Shown: in pieces, positions 1 through 10,339 of the stretch | Layout: every line of letters begins with the position of its first letter | Position numbering within the stretch: position 1 is the stretch's first letter | Source of the DNA: an archaeon | GTDB lineage: Archaea; Asgardarchaeota; Heimdallarchaeia; Heimdallarchaeales; Kariarchaeaceae | Length of the DNA stretch: 64,000 bases | Reading direction: 5' to 3' | Assembly: GCA_024280435.1 (NCBI GenBank) | Contig: JAJRQD010000026.1 | Coordinates: forward strand, 11,257-75,256 | Translations under genes and position numbers: made by a program | Notes under the pieces: generated by a model | Told to the model about the DNA's origin: nothing | The model's input: only the letters and a program-made list of their open reading frames with translations | Databases searched by the model: none

Positions 1-499
1 CCTTTATCTTCTTACTACTCTTTTTTATCTCCCGATAAGCTTCCAATTGTTTCTGAAGGGATTGTTCATTATTCACCTGCTGAAACATCACCTTTACAGC
101 AGATTCATAATTTTTTGCCTCAACAAAAGCTTCTTTTGCCTGTACATATATCTCAGCAGGATCTCTATTTGTAAAAACATATATCATAGACAGTGAGAAT
201 AGAATATCTCCTTTGAGATCCATTCGTTCATCATTTGATGGTATTTTATCTATAAATTGCAATGACTTGTTGAATGATTGCTCTGCTTTCTTTGCACGAT
301 TTAACTGAAGATTAACCATACCTTCAAAATGATAAACTCTTGCCAGTTGAAATCTGACCATTTCCTTATCAGTAGCACTCTCTCTTAGTGTTTTGGTCAA
401 AGATTTTATACATCTGGATAAAGATTCAAGAGAATTTTTCAAATCTCCATTCTGATAGTATTTCTGTGCTTTTGCACAGTGATCAGATCTCTTCTTCAT
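1..499 (-). CDS. Partial CDS (3' end beyond window start): TPR-like alpha-helical repeat protein
   Basis: Reverse-complement reading from ATG at 499 gives an uninterrupted frame to position 1 (MKKRSDHCAKAQKYYQNGDLKNSLESLSRCIKSL...). Helical, TPR-like composition. Absent from the ORF track only because it has no stop inside the window. The plus-strand ORF 388..660 is antisense to it and likely spurious. Confidence 0.4.
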   Translation of the reverse strand, partial: MKKRSDHCAKAQKYYQNGDLKNSLESLSRCIKSLTKTLRESATDKEMVRFQLARVYHFEGMVNLQLNRAKKAEQSFNKSLQFIDKIPSNDERMDLKGDILFSLSMIYVFTNRDPAEIYVQAKEAFVEAKNYESAVKVMFQQVNNEQSLQKQLEAYREIKKSSKKIK

Positions 500-536
500 A
501 TATTGGGAATGGATTGTATATTACTAAATTTATGTA

Positions 537-1139
537 TCAAGTATTATTCTCAAGCCAATCAGCAACTGATTTCACAACAATTTCAAGAGCAAGTGTGATA
601 TTTTCCTGTTCCATTGATGGCTTATTCCCTGTTACCTGTTCTGGAAGCAGGGGTACATGAATAAATCCAGTTGGAATATCTGGAAAGTCCTCTCTTCCAT
701 GATAGAACACCTGATTACAGCCAAATTCACCTGCATCATCTGAATATCTGACAGGAATACCAGCTTTGTTGATCTCAGACATCACTCGTTCCAATGGTAA
801 TGTCGATTTATGGGCATCAGGTCCGATCTCAGATATTATCTCACTATTAACCAATGTACCACAATTGTATGGAATATTACAATTCACTATATTCTTGGCT
901 ATCCTCTCTAGTCTGATCTCAGCACCACCTGCCTGTCCAGAGAGGACAATTGCATTTGGTTTGTACTCATTCACCAGTTTTTGTAATTCAGGCTCAATCT
1001 CCTTGTACCTAAGTGGTAGAATTCTTGCAATTATTCTGTGGCCATTGAACTCCTTGCCATCAAGTACTTTTGCTGCCTCTGCAGTTGGATTGATAGCCCA
1101 ATCTCCAAATGGTTCATAACCCGTGAATAAAATAGTCAT
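537..1139 (-). CDS. pcp: Pyrrolidone-carboxylate peptidase (pyroglutamyl peptidase I)
   Basis: 200 aa; N-terminus MTILFTGYEPFGDWAINPTAEAA, and the LSGQAGG...IRLERIAKN and C-terminal HVPLLPEQV motifs are typical of the Pcp family. Confidence 0.85.
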   Translation of the reverse strand: MTILFTGYEPFGDWAINPTAEAAKVLDGKEFNGHRIIARILPLRYKEIEPELQKLVNEYKPNAIVLSGQAGGAEIRLERIAKNIVNCNIPYNCGTLVNSEIISEIGPDAHKSTLPLERVMSEINKAGIPVRYSDDAGEFGCNQVFYHGREDFPDIPTGFIHVPLLPEQVTGNKPSMEQENITLALEIVVKSVADWLENNT

Positions 1140-1418
1140 AAACGATTATACCATCAATAATTATTGAATATTGGTGTTTGCCTAGTATTTTAAATTGAAA
1201 GATCAGAGTATAATACTATGCCGTCATCTTGGCTAAAAATGAAATAACTGTGCTTAAGGATTAGAACCATGAAATTTAAGATAGATTACAATATACCAGC
1301 TGCTAATAGATTTGTTAAAAAGTTTGGATACACAGATCTAGAAAATGTTTATTGTATTCAAGTGTAATCATATGTATACTCTAATAAAACTGAAATAGTA
1401 TAATTATAAAATTAATCA

Positions 1419-2000
1419 ATGAACATTGATTTTTCAACAAACAAAAAATATATTGCAGTGATAGACTTTGAGGCTACATGCAGTAATGATAGGACATTTC
1501 CCCGGGATCAGATGGAGATAATTGAATTTGCCTGTGTGGTAATAGACAAACAGCTAACAGAGATTGATAGGTTTGCCACCTTTGTCAGACCGGTTAGAAA
1601 TTCCAGATTAACAAAATTCTGTACTGAGTTAACCAGTATATCACAGGAACAGGTGGATGGCGCACCAGAATTTGAAGAGGTAATTTCTCAGTTCAATAAA
1701 CAGATCATAGATAAATATGATCCGTTATTTACCTCATGGGGCAGATATGATAAATCACAACTACAAATGGATTGTAAATATCATAAAGTTAATTTCCCAT
1801 TTAACGAGGAGCATTTGGATATTAAGAGATGGCTACCGCAATATCTTGGATTCAACAAACCAAAAGGTATTGGAGGTATGATCAGATACCTTGGCATGCA
1901 ATTTGAAGGTACACCCCACAGAGGAATTGATGATGTGTTGAATATAATAAAAATTCTACAAAAAGTGGAGGATAATCTTCCAAAATCAGAAAAAATATAA
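1419..2000 (+). CDS. DEDDh-family 3'-5' exonuclease, ERI-1/3'hExo-like
   Basis: 193 aa. Exo I motif IDFEATC; Exo III motif H-x4-D (HRGIDDVLN). Overall similarity pattern to eukaryotic ERI-1/3'hExo nucleases. Confidence 0.7.
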   Translation: MNIDFSTNKKYIAVIDFEATCSNDRTFPRDQMEIIEFACVVIDKQLTEIDRFATFVRPVRNSRLTKFCTELTSISQEQVDGAPEFEEVISQFNKQIIDKYDPLFTSWGRYDKSQLQMDCKYHKVNFPFNEEHLDIKRWLPQYLGFNKPKGIGGMIRYLGMQFEGTPHRGIDDVLNIIKILQKVEDNLPKSEKI

Positions 2001-2622
2001 TATATTCATAGTTCTCTGGTTAAATATCACCAAATAATGGTTCAAAATAAATTGAACTCTATAGAATTTAATGATAGTATTTTTTTTCAATATCTGTCAC
2101 ATTAAAATTATCATTATTTTGTATTGAAATGCAAAATTTGGGGTAATTACAGCTTCAAAAATTGCGTATAGTGGTGGCTATACGACACTGGAGCTAGTTT
2201 ATGTAATACAGAAAATACTATATTCGTAATAAAATACTAGACAAACAATAATAAAAATGTTTAGTGATATTATTAGCCGTGAATGAATAAATCAAGTTGA
2301 AGTATTAATTTTATGCCATTTCAGATAAACACTGCTAGCAGCGGCACATTGTTAGCCAGCCGATTGAGCAATATTTTGAATAATTGTAGTGAAAATATTA
2401 TTTTAAATAGAGTATTTTAAATTTTCAGCCAGCTGAAAGTATGAAATTTTAATTACTATTTGAGATTATTACTCAAACCATTCGTTTTTAGCGTTATAAA
2501 TCTTTACAGCGGATAAAAAGATACATTGAACAATATAGTGCACCTCAATATCGATGATAAACTGACAATAATAACAATAATCAAAGTCGTTCACTTGATT
2601 AGGTAAAAATATATACTCTGAT

Positions 2623-2973
2623 TTGTATATGAGTCCTAGGATGTTAGATATAAGATTATACGGGAAATTCAGAGTTCTTGCAGAAGATAAGAGACCAACT
2701 GCACAGTCAAAGTTGCATTTACAGTATATAGAGGGTGAGAATATAGATAATTTACTAAAAAGACTCAATATAGAATCAGATAGAACGGGAGAGATACTTG
2801 TGAATTTTGCAGTTGCAGAGCTCAACACAGTGATACCAAGAGATGATAGCAGAGTTGCTATATTTCCAATGGGAATGGTACTATTATGCGGTGCTTCGCA
2901 TCTCAAGGGTCATTCATACAGTAATATGAAAGAGGCGAACAGTTCATATTATGGTAAACCGGAGGTTAAGTAA
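2623..2973 (+). CDS. MoaD/ThiS-like beta-grasp protein with C-terminal extension (no free Gly-Gly)
   Basis: Paralogous to the downstream MoaD-like ORF (DIRLYGKFRVLAEDK ~ KVKVFANLRDLVPVK; RVAIFPMG ~ ISLFSPVGGG), but continues about 35 aa past the expected terminus. Stop overlaps the next start (TAATG). The antisense ORF 2469..2906 is low-complexity and Ser-rich, hence likely spurious. Confidence 0.4.
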   Translation: MYMSPRMLDIRLYGKFRVLAEDKRPTAQSKLHLQYIEGENIDNLLKRLNIESDRTGEILVNFAVAELNTVIPRDDSRVAIFPMGMVLLCGASHLKGHSYSNMKEANSSYYGKPEVK

Positions 2974-3215
2974 TGGAGATAAAGGTCAAGGTTTTTGCAA
3001 ATCTGAGAGATCTGGTCCCGGTAAAGCCAGCTCTTGGAGAGGCAATAGTTCTGGATATGGAAAGTAACTCAACTGTATTGGATGTGATGAAAAAAATCAA
3101 TCTTAGCAGGAATGATGTGGCAATTATACTGATTAATGGAGTACACCATCCTCCGGAACACATTATAGCAGAAGGAACATCTATTTCACTTTTTTCACCC
3201 GTTGGTGGAGGATAA
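2973..3215 (+). CDS. moaD: MoaD/ThiS-family ubiquitin-like sulfur-carrier protein (C-terminal GG)
   Basis: 80 aa beta-grasp protein ending ...SLFSPVGGG. GGAGG-like Shine-Dalgarno sequence 8 nt upstream. Translationally coupled to the preceding ORF; sits upstream of aor. Confidence 0.65.
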   Translation: MEIKVKVFANLRDLVPVKPALGEAIVLDMESNSTVLDVMKKINLSRNDVAIILINGVHHPPEHIIAEGTSISLFSPVGGG

Positions 3216-3350
3216 TTAACAAATATATTATATGTGAATAAAAGTCTCTATATTGAAAAATCAGCTTAGGCTATCTGAAAAATAATATTTCTAAATATGT
3301 AAAATTGCCATATTAAACTTAAATAATTAATTTGGATACATATTTTATCT

Positions 3351-5135
3351 ATGCTTGAAAGCGAGAAAAAAATACTAAGAATAAATATGAACGACCTTTC
3401 TGTCAAATGGGAGGAAGTCAAAGATGAGTGGAAACATCTGGGAGGTAGAGGTTTGACCTCAACCATTATCTCAGAAGAGGTCCCTGCATTATGTGAACCA
3501 TTGGGGCCTTATAACAAACTGATCATTGCTCCAGGACTAGTAACTGGAAGTACAGCACCCTCAACAGGTAGATTATCTGTTGGGGCAAAATCACCCCTGA
3601 CAAATGGAATAAAAGAAGCAAATGCAGGTGGAAGAACACCACAGAAACTTGCAAGAGCAGGTGTCAAAGCAGTAATAATTGAGGGACATCGTAAGGATAA
3701 GAACAAATGGTATAATATTATTATCAAAAAAGATAATGCAGAGATTGTAGAGGCTAATGAATACCACAATATGGGCAACTATGAACTGATTAAACAATTA
3801 TGGGAGAAATATGGTAGCAAGCCTGGAATTATCGGATCCGGTATAGCCGGTCAGATGTTACTTCAGGGAGCAGGAATATTTGGAAATAATGTTGAGAATA
3901 GTGATCCGGGAAGATTTGCAGGAAGAGGTGGATTGGGTGCAGTTATGGGCTCAAAGGGTATTGTTGCAATAATCACAGATGATAGTGATGGAGGAGTGAT
4001 AAAGCCTGTTAATGAGGAGAAATTCAAATCTGCAACAGCAGCTCTGAAAGAGGCACTGATAGAGCATCCAGTCACGGGTAAGAATGGTGGACTTCAGAAT
4101 TATGGTACCAATGTACTGATGAATGTGTTGAATGAGGCAGGATCTTTACCTGCCAAGAATTGGACACTTGGATATGTTGAACATGCAGTGAAAATATCTG
4201 GAGAGGCAACACATGAGAGGATTGATCTGGCAGTGGAGAAATTTGGAGATCAGACCAATGCACAGTACGCACATGCCTGTAATCCTGGATGTGTGATGAA
4301 ATGCTCAATGATAGTTGTGGATAAAGATAGCGGTAAAGAGGTACTCAGCCCATTGGAGTATGAGAGTGCATGGAGCCTTGGAAACAATACCATGATACAC
4401 ACATATGAGGATGTGGTCGAGTTAAACAGGATCTGCAATGATATTGGCCTGGACACTATCGAGGCGGGAAATGCATTGGCAGTAGCCATGGATGCAGGAG
4501 CACTTGAATTCGGAGATGGTCCTGCTGCGATTAAAGCATTGAAGGGTGTTGCAGAGGACACACCAATGGGTAGAATCATCGGATCGGGTGCAGTCACCAC
4601 AGGAAGAGTATTTGGGTCCAATAGAGTGGCCCATGTGAAGGGTCAATCAATGCCGGCATACGATCCCAGACCAATCAGAGGTATTGGCGTCACCTATGCC
4701 ACCAATCCAATGGGTGGTGATCATACAGCAGGATATACCATAGCAGCAGAGATACTTGGGATCAAAGGAGAGGTAACAGATCCAAGAGCAATAGATAAGG
4801 CAGGATTATCAAGAGCATTCCAGGAAACTACTGCATTTCTTGATTCCAGTGGATACTGTTTGTTCACTGCATTTGCAATACTTGATGTGGATGCTGGATT
4901 TGCAGGACTAGTGGATTCATACGCAGCAATTATGGGTGAAGAATTCACTGTTGATGATGTCACCAAATTTGGTAGAAAGATACTGAACCTGGAGAGAGCA
5001 TTTAACAAAGCAGCGGGAATGACCAATGCAGATGATAGGCTACCCGAATTCATGAAAACAGAGCCATTACCACCTCATAATGTGGTATTTGATGTCACTG
5101 ATGAAGAACTAGATGCAGTTCATAATTCTCTGTAA
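3351..5135 (+). CDS. aor: Tungsten-containing aldehyde:ferredoxin oxidoreductase (AOR family)
   Basis: 594 aa. AOR N-terminal domain (SVKWEEVKDEWKHLGGRGLTSTII) and conserved AOR C-terminal domains. The true start may be the internal Met at MNDLSVKW. Confidence 0.9.
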   Translation: MLESEKKILRINMNDLSVKWEEVKDEWKHLGGRGLTSTIISEEVPALCEPLGPYNKLIIAPGLVTGSTAPSTGRLSVGAKSPLTNGIKEANAGGRTPQKLARAGVKAVIIEGHRKDKNKWYNIIIKKDNAEIVEANEYHNMGNYELIKQLWEKYGSKPGIIGSGIAGQMLLQGAGIFGNNVENSDPGRFAGRGGLGAVMGSKGIVAIITDDSDGGVIKPVNEEKFKSATAALKEALIEHPVTGKNGGLQNYGTNVLMNVLNEAGSLPAKNWTLGYVEHAVKISGEATHERIDLAVEKFGDQTNAQYAHACNPGCVMKCSMIVVDKDSGKEVLSPLEYESAWSLGNNTMIHTYEDVVELNRICNDIGLDTIEAGNALAVAMDAGALEFGDGPAAIKALKGVAEDTPMGRIIGSGAVTTGRVFGSNRVAHVKGQSMPAYDPRPIRGIGVTYATNPMGGDHTAGYTIAAEILGIKGEVTDPRAIDKAGLSRAFQETTAFLDSSGYCLFTAFAILDVDAGFAGLVDSYAAIMGEEFTVDDVTKFGRKILNLERAFNKAAGMTNADDRLPEFMKTEPLPPHNVVFDVTDEELDAVHNSL

Positions 5136-5216
5136 TACTTGATCTATGAATATTTTCAACAATATAATAAATAATACTAAGCAACTTTAAGATATGTATA
5201 CAAAGCTTTTACATCG

Positions 5217-5591
5217 ATGGTAAGAATATTTGATATTGATAATTTACAGTTAAGATGCAAAATATGGTTTGAATCACCGGATGAAAAACAATCACTACTG
5301 GGTGAGAATAAATTTGCACTACTTGAAGCATTACATGAGAAGGGGTCTATAAAAGCAGCTGCAAAAAAATGCAGACTGGAATATAAAACGGCATGGGATA
5401 TGATTAAAAACATCAATGATAAATTTCAACCAAATCAGATAATAGTATCTGAGAGAGGCTCAGGAGGTGGTAGTAGTTTGACCACTCTGGGAATAGAATT
5501 ACTTGAGAAATATAACAGATTAAACAGATTATTTGGAGAAATTATTGAATTAATTGAGAATGGAAATGAAATTGATATTATTATTAAATAG
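5217..5591 (+). CDS. ModE-like winged-HTH regulator (N-terminal domain only)
   Basis: LLEALHEKGSIKAAAKKCRLEYKTAWDMIKNIN matches the ModE N-terminal HTH signature. No TOBE domains. Located next to aor. Confidence 0.65.
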   Translation: MVRIFDIDNLQLRCKIWFESPDEKQSLLGENKFALLEALHEKGSIKAAAKKCRLEYKTAWDMIKNINDKFQPNQIIVSERGSGGGSSLTTLGIELLEKYNRLNRLFGEIIELIENGNEIDIIIK

Positions 5592-5592
5592 G

Positions 5593-6273
5593 TTAGGTGA
5601 ACATTTTACCAAGAGATTTACTAATACTATCCAATGCACTGGATATTATCTTCTCAGGATTGAAGTCCTCTCCATTGATTTTTATCTGGCCATTGTTGAT
5701 TTCAATTGATTTATCATCACCAATACTTAAAACACCATTTTTTGCATTAAGATGTACCAGTTTTTCCACTCCTTTTCTTTTGAGGATCATCACCTCACCC
5801 TCACATATACGGATAGATGAATCATCTGTCTGTACAAAAATATATTTTGATTTTGTAGATATAATAATCACAGTATCATCATTTTTACCATCAAGATCAA
5901 TATTATGTTCCAATTTATCCAGCTTGTATTTATCAAGAACTACCTGTGCCTCATCTATATCATACTCATTCAGTTCTGAGCTAGCCAGTTTGTTTTTCAT
6001 ATCCAATATGAATGCATACTCAATAGTATCATCAACAGATTTTCCCTGCATTCCTTTGGAAGTATGTGCAGTGAAATCTGCCAATAAATTGATAGGACCC
6101 ATTACAATCCAGCCAATTGGAAGCTCATCAATGAGTACTTCGAAAAATTTCACACCCCTAGATTCAATCTTTACGTTCTCATCTAACCACTCACCATCTG
6201 AGATGAATGCCTTACCAGATAATTTTAAATCATTTATATCATATCTCATCTTACTCATCCACCTCAAATTCAA
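5593..6273 (-). CDS. Hypothetical protein
   Basis: 226-aa ORF with balanced composition and no recognised motif. Confidence 0.4.
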   Translation of the reverse strand: MNLRWMSKMRYDINDLKLSGKAFISDGEWLDENVKIESRGVKFFEVLIDELPIGWIVMGPINLLADFTAHTSKGMQGKSVDDTIEYAFILDMKNKLASSELNEYDIDEAQVVLDKYKLDKLEHNIDLDGKNDDTVIIISTKSKYIFVQTDDSSIRICEGEVMILKRKGVEKLVHLNAKNGVLSIGDDKSIEINNGQIKINGEDFNPEKIISSALDSISKSLGKMFT

Positions 6274-7159
6274 TATCTTCTAGTTTTTCTTTCAGATCCT
6301 CTGTTGCATCCTCAATACCATTCATCTCATCCTCAATACCATCCATCTCATCTTCCAATTCATTCTCGTAGGGTTCTTCTGTGTATTCACCGGACTTTAT
6401 TTTCTCATCATACTGATGCCTTCTGAATAACATCTCAACCAACTTCAATGCTTCCATTCCAAGTTGTGTGATGAGATATCTACCCCTTACAGCTTCTTGG
6501 GAAATGAAATTAGCATGTATAAGATTATCAAGATGGTTTTTTAAAGCACCACCTTTGAAGCTGAGCTTATCTGCAAGTTCTGGAGAATAATGTGGTTTCG
6601 TCTCCAATTCCTTTAGGATCATTAATCTACGTGCATCTGCGAGTGAACCTGCAAGTGACGGAGCAACGTCCAAAAAGTTCTCCAGTTCCTCAACAGTCAA
6701 TGGTTGATATTTCAAAAACTTGTTCTTTAATTTCATCTCTTTCTTTCTGATCCTCTTCTCATGCTGTCTTATCTGTCTCTCTGCATTCCTCACAGCTCTT
6801 TTTGCCTCTTTTGCAGCTGCTTTTGCTGCACTCTTCTTCATCTTGATACCGAAATTTGACGATAGAGAACTTAGGGAGTGTTGTAAATTTTGCTCAACTC
6901 CTTTTAGTACATTTGCCATGTAATGATTCATAGTCTCACCCAATTCCTCAAGTCCATCAAAATCAATATCAAGATCATCTGCACTGAATACAATCTTTGG
7001 TTTCTTTGGTGGTTTCTTTGGTTCACCATGTACAGTATCAAATTTTACTGTGTGTTCAGGATCAGAGGCTTTTGCTTTCAACAATTCTTTGATCTCATTC
7101 ATCTCTTCTTTTATTCTCAATAATTCATCCTCTAGGGATTGATTTTTGTTTTCGTTCAT
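6251..7159 (-). CDS. Coiled-coil/acidic protein with ArsR-like winged helix
   Basis: 302 aa. Central Lys/Arg-rich coiled-coil, then a wHTH-like segment (LADARRLMILKELETKPHYSPELADKLSFKGGALKNHLDNLIHANFI), then an acidic tail with EDEMxGIED repeats. Confidence 0.5.
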   Translation of the reverse strand: MNENKNQSLEDELLRIKEEMNEIKELLKAKASDPEHTVKFDTVHGEPKKPPKKPKIVFSADDLDIDFDGLEELGETMNHYMANVLKGVEQNLQHSLSSLSSNFGIKMKKSAAKAAAKEAKRAVRNAERQIRQHEKRIRKKEMKLKNKFLKYQPLTVEELENFLDVAPSLAGSLADARRLMILKELETKPHYSPELADKLSFKGGALKNHLDNLIHANFISQEAVRGRYLITQLGMEALKLVEMLFRRHQYDEKIKSGEYTEEPYENELEDEMDGIEDEMNGIEDATEDLKEKLEDIEFEVDE

Positions 7160-7303
7160 ATTATTACCTTCTTTTATTGGAGATTATCAGTTTCATGACT
7201 TTATCATGTTTCTCCCAATAGATCTTACTCATCATCAATGATAGCCATATTCTATCTCTGGTGATCAGTAGATCCATTTTATTTTTCATGCTCATAACTT
7301 CAC

Positions 7304-7501
7304 CTAGAATACTCTGAACACCGTTTTATCTGCATTCCTCATATCATTCATGAGCTTTTTCTGCCTATCCAGTGAAAGTTTTCTCTCAGTCTCATGATCC
7401 AATTCATATGGACCAAGTCCTGCATTTTTACTCTCAACATTTATGTTGAGTATTTTTCTGAAGTTAATGAATTTATTTGATTTTCTTGTTACTGCTGCCA
7501 T
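7304..7501 (-). CDS. Small hypothetical protein
   Basis: 65-aa ORF only; no motif recognised. Confidence 0.25.
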   Translation of the reverse strand: MAAVTRKSNKFINFRKILNINVESKNAGLGPYELDHETERKLSLDRQKKLMNDMRNADKTVFRVF

Positions 7502-7860
7502 CTTGGGTTTCTCCTTGATTATTACAATTGTATGAATAGTAAATTATTCAAAATGTATTAAATCTTGAAATTTGTTTTTTTCTCGCATTTAAGAGATGTT
7601 ACAAATCAGTTGAATTCAATTCATTTGTTTTGTATTTACAATTCACTTGCAAACTATATATGCAAATTGTAATATATAAAATTTCCTACACTTCTGAGTT
7701 AATACTGGTTCACAATGGATTATGTAATAAAATAGAGAGTGCATTCAGTTAAATATTAATTTACTGACCGATATAATATTATGAAACATTTATTTTTCTA
7801 ACAATAATTTGTTGAGAAAGATTTTAGGCACTCACAATTAAGTTTCTGCAACAATCTTAT

Positions 7861-9270
7861 ATGATTGCAATTAATATTGAGATTATGGACAGTACCATTG
7901 AGATTAACACAGAAGGTAGGAGTAGAACCCAGGCTGTGATAAATACTGCCAATATAATTGATTATGCAGATGCACAGATAGATATATCAGTTTATCAGGC
8001 AGTAGAAGTAGAATTTGGACTGAACCCCACTGAACTAGGCATGATTACTGCTGTGAGAGCACTGCTACAAAGTGTGGCCACTCCATTCTGGGGAGTACTC
8101 GCTGATAAATACTCCCGCAAGAAAATACTTGCATTTGGTACATTCCTATGGGGTGTGATCACCATAATTGTGGGCCTATCCACCTCATACAACTCAATGC
8201 TGATATCAAGAGGTGTAAACGGTATTGCCCTGGCAATTATAACGCCAGTAACTTATTCATTGATCGCAGATTATTTCAAACCTGAGGACAGAGGTAAAGC
8301 ATTTGGACTACTAGGTCTGACCACAGTTATTGGTGCAGTTACAGGTACATTATACGCCACCACCATTGCAGGTGGCCCACAGATATGGGGATTTGATGGA
8401 TGGAGGTTTGCATACTTTAGCTTTGGTGCCATGTCAATTCTTCTCGGCATACTTGTCCTGATATTTGCCAAGGACCCGATAAGAGGTGGATCCGAGATTG
8501 GTTTTGAGAACAAAGGCATTGACGAGGAGAACTACAAATTATCCGCATACCATTTCAAAAGTATATTGAAGAGCAGAACATTTTTGATTATTGTGGCACA
8601 GGGTATGGTGGGTGCACTACCATGGTCTGCACTGGGTTTTCTAATTCTATGGCTTCAGTATATTGGATTTGATGATGGTACCAGTGCTATTATGTATGGA
8701 ATGATTGCCCTGGGTGCGGCATTTGGTAATCTATTCGGAGGATATGCAGGTGATTGGGCATTCAGAAGAGATCAGGAACGAGGTAGACTAAAAGTTGCAC
8801 TTGTTAGCATATTTTCAGGTATTCCTCTATCCTACATCCTATTCAATATGATACCACAGACCACAGAGAGCAAGGGAATAATGATTGCCTTCGGAATGCT
8901 AACTGGATTTATGATATCGTGGGTAGCTCCAGCGGCCAACAATCCAATTCTTGGTGAAATAATAGAGCCTGAAGCGAGATCAACATCATATTCAATGCAG
9001 AGGCTTTTTGAGGGAAGCTTTGCAGCTTCTGGTACATTGATAGTAGGATATCTAGCAACCAAATACTTTGGGTATGTAGAACGAACTGAGAACATCGCAG
9101 ATCTATCAGAGGTGGATAGGATAGCAAATGTATCTGCACTTGCCAATGCCATGTTCACAGTTGCATTCATTGGTTGGACGCTATGCTTCCTGATCTACAC
9201 ACTTACACTCATATATTATCCAAGAGATAGAAACAGAATAAAAGAGATAATGCAAAAAAGGCTTGAATAG
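7861..9270 (+). CDS. MFS transporter
   Basis: 469 aa with about 12 predicted TM helices and an MFS-like loop motif (GVLADKYSRKKIL). The start may lie at a downstream Met. Confidence 0.8.
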   Translation: MIAINIEIMDSTIEINTEGRSRTQAVINTANIIDYADAQIDISVYQAVEVEFGLNPTELGMITAVRALLQSVATPFWGVLADKYSRKKILAFGTFLWGVITIIVGLSTSYNSMLISRGVNGIALAIITPVTYSLIADYFKPEDRGKAFGLLGLTTVIGAVTGTLYATTIAGGPQIWGFDGWRFAYFSFGAMSILLGILVLIFAKDPIRGGSEIGFENKGIDEENYKLSAYHFKSILKSRTFLIIVAQGMVGALPWSALGFLILWLQYIGFDDGTSAIMYGMIALGAAFGNLFGGYAGDWAFRRDQERGRLKVALVSIFSGIPLSYILFNMIPQTTESKGIMIAFGMLTGFMISWVAPAANNPILGEIIEPEARSTSYSMQRLFEGSFAASGTLIVGYLATKYFGYVERTENIADLSEVDRIANVSALANAMFTVAFIGWTLCFLIYTLTLIYYPRDRNRIKEIMQKRLE

Positions 9271-9297
9271 CTCACTCAGTCGTATGAAATACATAGC

Positions 9298-9651
9298 TCA
9301 CTCAATTGTATGGAGCATATTATCGATTAATTTAATTCTTGGAGACACAAGAAAATCAATCTGAGATTGAGTATTCTGTAATCCACTTAGAGCAAATAAT
9401 TCCAGTTTATTTATGGGAATAGTACTTCCATATGCATAAAAAGGCTTTCTCAGCTTTAATGTGATAAATGCCTCATCTATAATTTGTTTGAGATTAACAA
9501 TCTGATTAAATGTGATACAAACTCTCTGTTCATCGCCAAGATCCTTCATCTTCAGATATATTAATGATTTTACCACAGGTAAATTGTATTGATGAATAAT
9601 TAGATTACCAGGACCGAGTTTCAGTGCACCTGGATGTTTATGAGAATTCAT
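9298..9651 (-). CDS. Hypothetical protein
   Basis: 117-aa ORF; no motif recognised. Confidence 0.3.
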   Translation of the reverse strand: MNSHKHPGALKLGPGNLIIHQYNLPVVKSLIYLKMKDLGDEQRVCITFNQIVNLKQIIDEAFITLKLRKPFYAYGSTIPINKLELFALSGLQNTQSQIDFLVSPRIKLIDNMLHTIE

Positions 9652-10009
9652 ACCTATATTAAGACATAATATTATTTAATTTTTACTCACATAGGGGTTA
9701 ACTATTTAGTATCTATTTTTTTAGTGTGATCTATTGAATGAAGCTACACCTGCTTTTATCTTCACATCAAGAAAATTTACCTCAGGAACCACCGTACAGT
9801 TGTAATTATCAGAATAATCACATAAAGAATTATATGCCATGTTAAGATCAATCACAATAAAATCACTATTTATTTCCTCATTAGAAACCTGAATTGTGAT
9901 CATCTTTTCACCTACAAATTTCAAAAATAAAAAGATTAGAATACATATTGTCTCATATAAAAACGATAATGTCATCAAATATATAAATAAGTAATTATAT
10001 ATCAATATT

Positions 10010-10339
10010 ATGGAAAACATAGAACAATTGAGATTAAAAGCCAAATTATTCAATGGATTCAGTGATGTATCCCGTTTGAGGATATTCCAGACACTTATTG
10101 ATAAACCAATGAATGTCGGAGAGATAGTTAAACTTACAGAACTTAGCCAACCAAATGTATCTTCACATTTGAAATGCCTGAATGATTGTAATCTTGTGAA
10201 AGCAAAAAAAGTAGGAAGAAAAGTGTTTTACTCACCTATCAATGATAAGATAAAAGAGATGATGCGATTAGCAGATGACATACTTCAATATATCTACAGT
10301 GATATAAACAGTTGTGTTAACTATGAGGTGAGCATTTGA
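10010..10339 (+). CDS. ArsR/SmtB-family metalloregulator
   Basis: 109 aa. HTH segment LRIFQTLIDKPMNVGEIVKLTELSQPNVSSHLKCLNDCNLV. Its stop overlaps the ATPase start (ATGA). Confidence 0.8.
   Translation: MENIEQLRLKAKLFNGFSDVSRLRIFQTLIDKPMNVGEIVKLTELSQPNVSSHLKCLNDCNLVKAKKVGRKVFYSPINDKIKEMMRLADDILQYIYSDINSCVNYEVSI

Noticed and set aside
388-660. Plus-strand ORF overlapping the pcp 3' region and the 5' partial TPR-like gene
   Set aside because: It is antisense to two better-supported genes, has a low-complexity translation and no coherent upstream signals.
2469-2906. 145-aa minus-strand ORF
   Set aside because: The Ser/Leu-rich low-complexity translation is typical of an antisense frame. The plus-strand ORF 2623..2973 is paralogous to the adjacent MoaD-like gene and is preferred.
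3509-5053. Multiple 60-120-aa minus-strand ORFs inside aor
   Set aside because: They lie in antisense frames of a well-supported 594-aa AOR gene.
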